Assembly (NCBI GenBank): GCA_017459445.1
Contig: JAFUDJ010000021.1
Span: 19,363 to 83,362, forward strand
Direction of reading: 5' to 3'
DNA length: 64,000 nucleotides
From: Prevotella sp.
Lineage (GTDB): Bacteria > Bacteroidota > Bacteroidia > Bacteroidales > Bacteroidaceae
Shown one piece after another: positions 1 to 7,641 of the stretch (its first letter is position 1; each line of letters begins with the position of its first letter). The notes below the pieces were generated by a model, which was given only the letters and a program-made list of their open reading frames with translations, made no database searches and was not told the DNA's origin. Made by a program: the position numbers and the translations under genes.

Positions 1-2
1 AT

Positions 3-1466
3 AAGGACTTTGTTGCCGCCAATGAATACTGGCTCAAGCCCTATGCCGAGCATTCTCAATTCTCCATTTCCAATGCCCCATTCACCTATTACCTCCAGTA
101 TCTCCTGCATACACAGCTGAAAGCGGCTGCCGACTATGCCCGCAGCCAGGGCGTCGTGCTGCTGGGCGACCTGCCCATCGGCTTCCATCGTGACAGCGTG
201 GAGGCTCGTCAGCATCCCGAGTTGTTCCATCTTGACTCGCAGGCTGGGGCACCGCCCGACCGTTTCTCCCGTCTGGGACAGAACTGGGGCTTCCCCACCT
301 ACCACTGGTCCGACGGCCTTTTCCGCATGCTGCACCTTCGCCTCAGCCACCTCTCACAGTATTTCGATGCCTTGCGCATCGACCATGTGCTGGGCTATTT
401 CCGCATCTGGGAGATTCCGTCCGATGCCGTCTATGGACTGTTGGGCCATTTCTCGCCTGCGCTGCCCCTCACTGTCAGCGAGATAGAGTACTTCGGGCTG
501 CCCTTCCGCAAAGAGCTCTTCACCCGTCCGTTCATCAACGACCGCCTGCTCGACCGCCTCTTTGGCATTCATGCCGGCTACGTCCGCGACAACTTCCTCG
601 TCGCCAAGGGCTATCAGCTCTACAACCTCAAGGAGAAATATGCCACACAACGGCAGGTGGCCGACTATTTTGCCGACCGTCACGATGAGAACAGCTTGTG
701 GATTCGCGACGGTCTCATGCAGCTCATCAGCAACGTGCTTTTCGTGGAGGACCCGCGACAGGCAGAGATGTACCATCCCCGTATCGGTGCCGTCAACGAA
801 CCGGTCTATGAAGCCTTGGGCGCCGAGGACCGTGATGCCTACCTCCGGCTGTACAACAACTATTACTTCCAGCGCCACTCCTTCTTTTGGGGACAGCAGG
901 CGCTGAAGCGGCTGACGGCGCTGATGAAGGACTCGCCGATGCTGTTCTGCGCCGAGGACCTGGGCATGCTGCCCGACTGCGTGGAGCCGGTGCTTGACCA
1001 GTTGCGCATACTGACGTTGGAAGTCCAGCGCATGCCTAAGCAGCAGGGTTTTGAGTTCAGTCATCTCGACGCCAACCCCATCCGTAGCGTCAGCACCATC
1101 TCCACACACGACATGGCGCCTCTCCGCCTCTGGTGGCAGGAACAGCCTGAGCACCGCCAGCGCTACTACGTCACCATGTTGCAGAAAGAGGGTAGGGCAC
1201 CGGAACAGCTGCCAGCCCACTTGGCCGAGGAAATCATTGCCCGCCACCTGTACTGCCCCTCCATGCTCTGCGTCTTGCAGCTGCAAGATTGGCTGGCTAT
1301 GGACGGCGAGCTGCGCTCCAAGCATCCGCAGGAGGAGCGCATCAACACGCCCTCCGACCCCTTCAACCGCTGGCAGTACCGCATGCACCTCACCATTGAG
1401 GAGCTTCTGGCTGCCACCCGCTATAATAGTAAAGTACGCACGATGATTCAGCGCAGCAAGCGCTGA
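3..1466 (+). CDS. malQ: 4-alpha-glucanotransferase (GH77), 5'-truncated by the window edge
   Basis: Frame is open from position 3. GH77 motifs GDLPIG, GAPPD, GQNWGFP, RIDHVLGYFRIW, AEDLG, STHD and ERINTP are present. Confidence 0.95.
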   Translation, partial: KDFVAANEYWLKPYAEHSQFSISNAPFTYYLQYLLHTQLKAAADYARSQGVVLLGDLPIGFHRDSVEARQHPELFHLDSQAGAPPDRFSRLGQNWGFPTYHWSDGLFRMLHLRLSHLSQYFDALRIDHVLGYFRIWEIPSDAVYGLLGHFSPALPLTVSEIEYFGLPFRKELFTRPFINDRLLDRLFGIHAGYVRDNFLVAKGYQLYNLKEKYATQRQVADYFADRHDENSLWIRDGLMQLISNVLFVEDPRQAEMYHPRIGAVNEPVYEALGAEDRDAYLRLYNNYYFQRHSFFWGQQALKRLTALMKDSPMLFCAEDLGMLPDCVEPVLDQLRILTLEVQRMPKQQGFEFSHLDANPIRSVSTISTHDMAPLRLWWQEQPEHRQRYYVTMLQKEGRAPEQLPAHLAEEIIARHLYCPSMLCVLQLQDWLAMDGELRSKHPQEERINTPSDPFNRWQYRMHLTIEELLAATRYNSKVRTMIQRSKR

Positions 1467-1513
1467 AGGTGCCCCCATAAGTCCTATTGGTCCCATCATT
1501 CCCATTAGCCCCA

Positions 1514-2206
1514 ATGCCCTATACTACCTATATCTTCGACCTCGATGGCACCCTGCTCAACACCTTGCAGGACCTTGCCGCAAGCGTCAACTACGCCATG
1601 CGCCAGCATGGCATGCCCGAGCATTCCGTCGACGACATCCGCCGCTTCGTCGGCAATGGCGTGCGCCTGCTGATGGAGCGTGCCGTCCCCGGCGGCGCTG
1701 CCAATGCCGACTTCGAGGCCGCTTTTGCCACCTTCCGCCAGCATTATATGCAGCATTCGCTCGACACCACCCGTCCCTACGACGGCATCACGGAGATGCT
1801 ACAGGTGCTGAAGCAGCGCGGCTGTCGCTTGGCAGTGGTCAGTAACAAGATGATGGCGGCCACGCAGGAACTGGTTCGCCACTTCTTCCCGGAGATAGAA
1901 GTGGCCATCGGCGAGAACGAGGCGGCAGGCATCCGTAAGAAACCGGCTCCCGACACCGTCTTTGAAGCTCTCCGCCAGTTAAATGAAAAAGGAAAGGAGG
2001 AAAGCGGAAAACCGGCTTCCGGAAATCAGGGGAGCCATGATTCGGTGTATGTCGGCGACAGCGATGTCGACCTTGCGACGGCCCGCAACAGCGGCCTGCC
2101 CTGCATCAGCGTCCTTTGGGGGTTCCGCGACCGCCAGTTCCTCATCGACCATGGTGCCACCACTTTCGTGGAACATCCTGGCGAAATAGTGGCTACCACG
2201 CGCTAA
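1514..2206 (+). CDS. HAD-superfamily hydrolase (phosphoglycolate phosphatase-like)
   Basis: IFDLDGTL motif I, VVSNK, KKPAPD and YVGDSDVD. ATG at 1514 chosen as start. Confidence 0.9.
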   Translation: MPYTTYIFDLDGTLLNTLQDLAASVNYAMRQHGMPEHSVDDIRRFVGNGVRLLMERAVPGGAANADFEAAFATFRQHYMQHSLDTTRPYDGITEMLQVLKQRGCRLAVVSNKMMAATQELVRHFFPEIEVAIGENEAAGIRKKPAPDTVFEALRQLNEKGKEESGKPASGNQGSHDSVYVGDSDVDLATARNSGLPCISVLWGFRDRQFLIDHGATTFVEHPGEIVATTR

Positions 2207-2343
2207 GTCGCTGATAATCAGTGTGGGTTGTAGGATAAGCGGATAAATGCACTTTTCTAATGAAAATAGGGCAAAATATCGGCGAATCATACTTGCAAAA
2301 TATCGGCGAACTATAGGATTACGGCAAAAAAGTCAGTGAAATA

Positions 2344-2375
2344 TTTGGCGCGACGCTAAAATTTGGCTACTTTTG
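2344..2375 (+). promoter_or_regulatory. Bacteroidetes sigma-A promoter (-33 TTTG / -7 TACTTTTG)
   Basis: TTTG at 2344 and TACTTTTG at 2368-2375, upstream of the ORF at 2415. Confidence 0.7.
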
Positions 2376-2414
2376 CAATCATTATCGTTATATGCAAACT
2401 AAATTTTTACGAAA

Positions 2415-2654
2415 ATGGGATTGATAGGTTCTATTATTATCGGATGTCTGGCAGGTTTCTGTGCCGGTAAGTTAATGAAAGGTGGCGGCTTCGGCTTCAT
2501 CATGAATCTGGTGCTGGGACTCTTCGGAGGACTGGTGGGTGGTTGGCTGTTCAGCCAGCTCGGCATTACGTGGGGCGGCATCATCGGCCAGCTTGGCACA
2601 GCCATCGTCGGTGCCGTGGCTATTATCTGGGTGGCATCGCTCATCAAGAAATAA
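2415..2654 (+). CDS. GlsB/YeaQ/YmgE family (transglycosylase-associated) membrane protein
   Basis: 79-aa Gly-rich hydrophobic protein with the pattern IIIGxLAGxxAGKLM...NLVLGLFGGLVGGWL...AIVGAV. Confidence 0.9.
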   Translation: MGLIGSIIIGCLAGFCAGKLMKGGGFGFIMNLVLGLFGGLVGGWLFSQLGITWGGIIGQLGTAIVGAVAIIWVASLIKK

Positions 2655-2672
2655 GCAGGCAGGGGCTACTAT

Positions 2673-3398
2673 ATGGATGCAAGACTGATACTTGATTTCC
2701 TCCGTCAGGTGCAGATGAACAACAACCGTCCGTGGTTCCAGCAGCACAAGGCGGAATATGAGGCTGCCCGTGCTGAGTTTGAGCGCGGAGTGGGGCAGGC
2801 CCTCGGGCGCATCGTCGGTTTCGACGACTCGGTGGCTCACCTGTCGGTCAAGGACTGCACCTACCGTTTCTATCGCGACACACGCTTCTCACCCGACAAG
2901 TCGCCCTATAAGAACCATCTGGGCGCCTACGTCAATGCCAAAGGCAAGAAGGCTTTGCGGGGCGGATACTACATCCACTTGGAACCCGACCACTGCCTGG
3001 TGGCGGTGGGCAACTATTGGCTGCCTACCAACATTCTGACCTCCTGCCGCAACGAAATCATGGCCAACACCGATGAGTGGCTGCAGTGTGTCAAGAGCCG
3101 TGAGTTCCTCCGCTACTATGCCACTCCTGCAGGGGTTGACGACAGGGAGCATTCGTGGGAAGAAAACTGGAATCAGCCCCAGGGCTTTGGGCTCACCAAG
3201 CTGAAGACGTGTCCGGCCGGATTCCCCCGCGACTGGGAGCATGTGGAATATCTGCGCTTGAAAGACTACTGCGCCTGGCACCATGTGGCTGACGACTTCT
3301 TCGAGGGTGACGCCTGGCTTGCCAAAGTGGAGAAAATGTTCCGCGCAGCCAAGCCCATGATGGACTTCATCAATGCCGTGGTTGACGACTATGAGTAG
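2673..3398 (+). CDS. DUF2461 family protein
   Basis: NNNRPWF, RFYRDTRFSPDKSPYK and GGYYIHLEP motifs. Confidence 0.9.
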   Translation: MDARLILDFLRQVQMNNNRPWFQQHKAEYEAARAEFERGVGQALGRIVGFDDSVAHLSVKDCTYRFYRDTRFSPDKSPYKNHLGAYVNAKGKKALRGGYYIHLEPDHCLVAVGNYWLPTNILTSCRNEIMANTDEWLQCVKSREFLRYYATPAGVDDREHSWEENWNQPQGFGLTKLKTCPAGFPRDWEHVEYLRLKDYCAWHHVADDFFEGDAWLAKVEKMFRAAKPMMDFINAVVDDYE

Positions 3399-3960
3399 GT
3401 GTCGGCTGCTGGCTGTCGGCTGTTGGCTGGCGGGTGCCGTCGCGGCGGCGCAGGCACAGCCTGCCGGAGTCGTGTTGGACACCGTGCAGGTGGAGCATGT
3501 TGATTTCCAAGGGCGCACGCAGCAGGGGCTCATTGTCTGCAACAAGGCCATCGCTAACGATTTGCGGGAGATTTTCGCCGAGTTGTACAAGGCGGAGTAT
3601 CCGATAGAGCGCATCCGTCCTATCTCTGAGTATGGCAACGACGACGAGCGCTCCATGCGGGCCAACAACACGTCGTGCTATTGCTATCGCGTGGTGGAGG
3701 GCAGCACGAAGCTGTCGAACCATGCACGGGGAATGGCCGTCGACGTCAATCCACTTTACAACCCCTGTGTCCGCCGCCGCAAGGACGGAACCATGCTCGT
3801 GCAGCCTGCTACGGGCAAGCCCTATACCGACCGGGCAAAGCCGTTCAAGTATAAAATTACGAGGCACGACCTCTGCTATAGGCTCTTCACGCAGCACGGC
3901 TTCCGATGGGGAGGCAACTGGAAAACGGTGAAGGACTACCAGCACTTCGAGAAAGAATAA
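3391..3960 (+). CDS. M15 family peptidoglycan metallopeptidase (D,D-/L,D-peptidase type)
   Basis: Signal peptide; SNHARGMAVDVNP (SxHxxGxAxD) and WGGNW...DYQHFE zinc motifs. Confidence 0.88.
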   Translation: MSRCRLLAVGCWLAGAVAAAQAQPAGVVLDTVQVEHVDFQGRTQQGLIVCNKAIANDLREIFAELYKAEYPIERIRPISEYGNDDERSMRANNTSCYCYRVVEGSTKLSNHARGMAVDVNPLYNPCVRRRKDGTMLVQPATGKPYTDRAKPFKYKITRHDLCYRLFTQHGFRWGGNWKTVKDYQHFEKE

Positions 3961-3982
3961 CGGCAGACATCGGAAACAACAA

Positions 3983-4017
3983 CACGAAAGGCTCTCCGCA
4001 GTGGAGAGCCTTTCGTG
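3983..4017. terminator. hairpin between convergent genes
   Basis: cacgaaaggctctcc-gcagt-ggagagcctttcgtg, a perfect 15-bp stem. Confidence 0.8.
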
Positions 4018-4046
4018 GATAATTGGGCGGGGAAGAACGTCGTTGC

Positions 4047-6206
4047 TTAGTCTTCGTCCTTCATCTCTGCCTCGTGCTGCTTGATGAGTTCCTGCTGGAT
4101 GTCGTTCGGCACGAGCTCATAGCTTGCAAACGTGGTGGTGAACGATGCACGGCCACCGGTCAGCGATGACAGGGCAATGCTGTACGATGCCAGCTCCTTC
4201 AGAGGAATCTTGGCGCTGAGCTTCTGATAGCCGGCCTCAGAGTCCATACCCATGATGATGGCACGGCGTCCCTGCAGGTCGCTCATCACGTCACCCATGT
4301 AGTCGCCGGGCACGAGTACCTCCAGGTCGTAGATAGGCTCCAGCACCTTAGGACCGGCCTCCTTGAAGGCTGCAGAGAATGCGTTGCGGGCTGCCAGCAT
4401 GAACGACAATTCGTTGGAGTCAACCGGGTGCATCTTACCGTCGTAGACGATGACGCGGACGTCGCGGGCATAGGAACCGGTGAGCGGGCCCTGCTCCATA
4501 CGCTCCATGACACCCTTCAGGATAGCGGGCATGAAGCGCATGTCGATGGCACCGCCGACAACTGAGTTGATGAAGACGAGCTTGCCGCCCCATTCCAAAT
4601 CCTTCTCTTCTTTCGACTTGATGTTCATCTTGAACTCCTGGCCGTTGATGGTGAAGCTGGTCGGGTCGGGCATGCCGTCGGTATAAGGCTCGACTATCAG
4701 GTGCACCTCACCGAACTGTCCGGCACCACCCGACTGCTTCTTGTGACGATAGTCGGCACGGGCCATCTTCGTGATGGTCTCACGATACGGAATCTTCGGC
4801 TCCTGATACTCTATTTGAATCTTCTCGTTGTTCTCCATGCGCCACTTCAAGGTACGCAGGTGGAACTCACCCTGGCCGTGGACGATAATCTGGCGCAGTT
4901 CCTTCGACTGCTCAACCACCCACGTCGGGTCTTCCTGACGCATCTTCTGCAGGGCAACCATCATCTTCTCGGTCTCGGCCTCGTTGACGGCCTTGATGGC
5001 GCGCGAGAACTTGGAGTTAGGATATTTGATGAAGTCGAACTTCCAGTCGACGTCCTTGCCGTTCAGCGTGTTGCCCGTCTTGACGTCCTTCAGCTTCACG
5101 GTGCAGCCGATGTCACCGGCGCGCAGCTCGTCAACCTGAATACGGTTGGCACCGGCGCAGGCATACAGCGTACCGATGCGCTCCTTCGAGCCACGGTCGG
5201 CATTGGTCAGGTCATCACCGCTCTTTACAGAGCCGCTCATCACCTTGAAGTAGCTCACTTCACCGATGTGGGGCTCAACACCTGTCTTGAAGAAATACAG
5301 GGAGGTAGGAGCTGTAGCGTCGGCAGGTACTTCCTTACCGGCAGCATTCTTGACTACAGGCATTTCGCTAACGAATGGCACCACGTTGCCGAGGAACTCC
5401 ATCAGGCGGCGTACACCCATGTCACGACCTGCGCAGACGCAGAACACGGGGAAGATGGAGCGCGTCACCAGCCCCTTGCGGATACCTTCACGCATCTCGT
5501 CCTCAGTCAGGTCTTCACTCTCGAAGAACTTCTCCATCAGCGTGTCGTCACCGGCGGCGGCAGCCTCCACGAGGGCGGCCTTCATCTCCTTGGCCTTGTC
5601 GAGCTGGTCGGCAGGAATATCCTCAATGATGGGAGCACCACCCTCGGGCTTCCACGAATATTTCTTCATCAGCAACACGTCGATAACACTGTTGAAGCCG
5701 GCACCCGTAGCAATAGGATACTGTACGGGAACGCAGTTCGGACCGTACACTTCACGCAGTTGACCCAGAATCTGGTCGAAGTCGCAGTTGTCGCGGTCCA
5801 GTTGGTTCACCAGGAAGATAACGGGCTTCTTCAGCTTCTCCGTATTGCGGAAAGCGTTCATCGTGCCTACCTCGGGACCGTACTGTCCGTTGACAAGGAT
5901 AACGGCCTGGTCGGTCACGTTCAGCGCCGTGATGGCACCGCCTACGAAGTCGTCAGAGCCCGGACAGTCGATAATGTTCAGTTTCTTGTTGTTCCACTCT
6001 ACATGGAAAACAGTAGAGAACACCGAGTAGCCGTATTCCTGTTCTACAGGGAAATAGTCGCTCATGGTGTTCTTACCCTCTACGGTGCCACGGCGCTTGA
6101 TGATGCCGGCCTCGTAGACCATTGACTCGGCAAGAGTAGTCTTGCCGCTACCCGCACTGCCAATGAGTGCAATGTTTTTAATCTCGTTAGTCTGATAAAT
6201 TTTCAT
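4047..6206 (-). CDS. fusA2: elongation factor G paralog (EF-G2 type of Bacteroidales)
   Basis: EF-G architecture with a divergent G-domain (GSAGSGKTT, DCPG, NQLD instead of NKMD), KKQSGGAGQFGEV, and a domain-IV insertion (TDGMPDPTSFTINGQEFKMN...). Confidence 0.9.
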   Translation of the reverse strand: MKIYQTNEIKNIALIGSAGSGKTTLAESMVYEAGIIKRRGTVEGKNTMSDYFPVEQEYGYSVFSTVFHVEWNNKKLNIIDCPGSDDFVGGAITALNVTDQAVILVNGQYGPEVGTMNAFRNTEKLKKPVIFLVNQLDRDNCDFDQILGQLREVYGPNCVPVQYPIATGAGFNSVIDVLLMKKYSWKPEGGAPIIEDIPADQLDKAKEMKAALVEAAAAGDDTLMEKFFESEDLTEDEMREGIRKGLVTRSIFPVFCVCAGRDMGVRRLMEFLGNVVPFVSEMPVVKNAAGKEVPADATAPTSLYFFKTGVEPHIGEVSYFKVMSGSVKSGDDLTNADRGSKERIGTLYACAGANRIQVDELRAGDIGCTVKLKDVKTGNTLNGKDVDWKFDFIKYPNSKFSRAIKAVNEAETEKMMVALQKMRQEDPTWVVEQSKELRQIIVHGQGEFHLRTLKWRMENNEKIQIEYQEPKIPYRETITKMARADYRHKKQSGGAGQFGEVHLIVEPYTDGMPDPTSFTINGQEFKMNIKSKEEKDLEWGGKLVFINSVVGGAIDMRFMPAILKGVMERMEQGPLTGSYARDVRVIVYDGKMHPVDSNELSFMLAARNAFSAAFKEAGPKVLEPIYDLEVLVPGDYMGDVMSDLQGRRAIIMGMDSEAGYQKLSAKIPLKELASYSIALSSLTGGRASFTTTFASYELVPNDIQQELIKQHEAEMKDED

Positions 6207-6378
6207 ATTACTTATATTTTTAGGTATATACAATATGCTGTTTTCGTGTTGCTTTTTGCAAAGCGACGCTAAAGGTAGGTATTTTCACGCAAAAAACCAA
6301 CGAAAGCTTTCAAATATTAAACTTTATTAGTATTTTTGCAGGCAAATTGCCGAAGGAAGTACAAGATAGTGAAACGAG

Positions 6379-7593
6379 ATGGCTGGTTTGTATGTCCATA
6401 TTCCATTCTGTCGGAGCCGTTGCATTTACTGCGGTTTCTACTCGACGACAGCCCTCGACTTGCGCCAGCGCTATGTCGATGCGCTATGCCGTGAGTGGCA
6501 GTTGCGGCGACAGGAGATGACAGCGCCTTTGGACACCATCTATCTGGGTGGCGGAACGCCCAGCCAGCTGCTTCCCGCTCAGCTTCAACAGCTCTTCGAT
6601 GCCCTTCCTTCTGCCGGTGCTGAGGTTACGATGGAGGTTAACCCCGACGATGTCACCGCCTTGTTTGCCGGGGCATTGTCACGGCTTCCCATCACCCGCA
6701 TCAGCATGGGTGCCCAGACCTTCGATGACCGGCGCCTCCGTTTCCTGCACCGCCGCCACAGTGCCGCCCAGGTGTCGCAGGCAGTCCGCTTATTACGGGA
6801 TGCCGGCATTCGCAACATCAGCATCGACCTGATGTATGGCTTCCCTCAGGAGACGCTTGACGACTGGCTGTACGACATTGACGCAGCCCTGGCCTTGGAC
6901 GTGGAACATCTTTCGGCCTATTGTCTGATGGTGGAAGAGGGAACAGAACTCGAAGAAAAAATAAAGAATAGAAGCGAAAACATAGAAATGCCTGACGAGG
7001 AGACGGAGCGCCGGATGTACTACGCGCTCATCGACCGTCTGACGGCTGCGGGCTATGAGCACTACGAAATCAGCAACTTTGCCCGTCGCGGCCGGCGTTC
7101 ACTCCATAACTCAAGCTATTGGCACGACGTGCCATACATCGGCCTCGGTGCCGCTGCCCACAGCTACCTGCCGTCCGCTACTGTGCTCGGCGATTTTGCC
7201 GCCGCCCCCCCTGCTACTGTGCTCGGCGATTTTGCCGCCGCCTCCCCCGCTACTGTGCTCGGCGATTTGGTCGCCGAGCCCCCCGCCGTCCGCTCTTGGA
7301 ATGTCAGCGACATCCACCAATACATCGAAGCTATCGAACAAGGGAAAATCCCTTGCGAACGCGAGCTGTTGGACGACGACACCCGCTATAACGACCGTAT
7401 CGCCACCGCCCTGCGAACCAGCGACGGCCTTGACCTTGCCATGCTCTCTGAACGCCATCGCCGCTACTGCATGCAAGAAGCCCGCCGATATATTGACGAC
7501 GGGCTGCTGCGACAGACGGACAACCGTCTCGTACTGACCCGCAAGGGACTCTTTGTCAGCGACATGGTGATGAGTGCCCTCATGCTTGTCTGA
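6379..7593 (+). CDS. hemW: radical SAM heme chaperone HemW (HemN-like)
   Basis: LYVHIPFCRSRCIYCGF, YLGGGTPS, HYEISNFA, HNSSYW and GLGAAAHS. Confidence 0.9.
   Translation: MAGLYVHIPFCRSRCIYCGFYSTTALDLRQRYVDALCREWQLRRQEMTAPLDTIYLGGGTPSQLLPAQLQQLFDALPSAGAEVTMEVNPDDVTALFAGALSRLPITRISMGAQTFDDRRLRFLHRRHSAAQVSQAVRLLRDAGIRNISIDLMYGFPQETLDDWLYDIDAALALDVEHLSAYCLMVEEGTELEEKIKNRSENIEMPDEETERRMYYALIDRLTAAGYEHYEISNFARRGRRSLHNSSYWHDVPYIGLGAAAHSYLPSATVLGDFAAAPPATVLGDFAAASPATVLGDLVAEPPAVRSWNVSDIHQYIEAIEQGKIPCERELLDDDTRYNDRIATALRTSDGLDLAMLSERHRRYCMQEARRYIDDGLLRQTDNRLVLTRKGLFVSDMVMSALMLV
7175..7282 (+). repeat. 3 x 36-bp in-frame tandem repeat within hemW (ATVLGDFAAAPP)
   Basis: ccgctactgtgctcggcgattttgccgccgcccccc repeated three times with few changes and no spacers. 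Confidence 0.95.
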
Positions 7594-7641
7594 TGATATT
7601 TGCATATACCTTACCGACATTACCTTATATAATATACAGCA

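Noticed and set aside
1467-1513. Degenerate 7-9-bp microrepeats (also at about 50-85, 1983-2035 and 46400-46425)
   Set aside because: Short low-complexity tracts with no evidence of a specific function from the sequence alone.
4047-6206. Divergent G-motifs and the domain-IV insertion in EF-G as a novelty
   Set aside because: These match the already described Bacteroides EF-G2 paralog.
7175-7282. 36-bp repeats as a CRISPR array
   Set aside because: The units are contiguous with no spacers, lie in frame inside hemW, and no cas genes are present.
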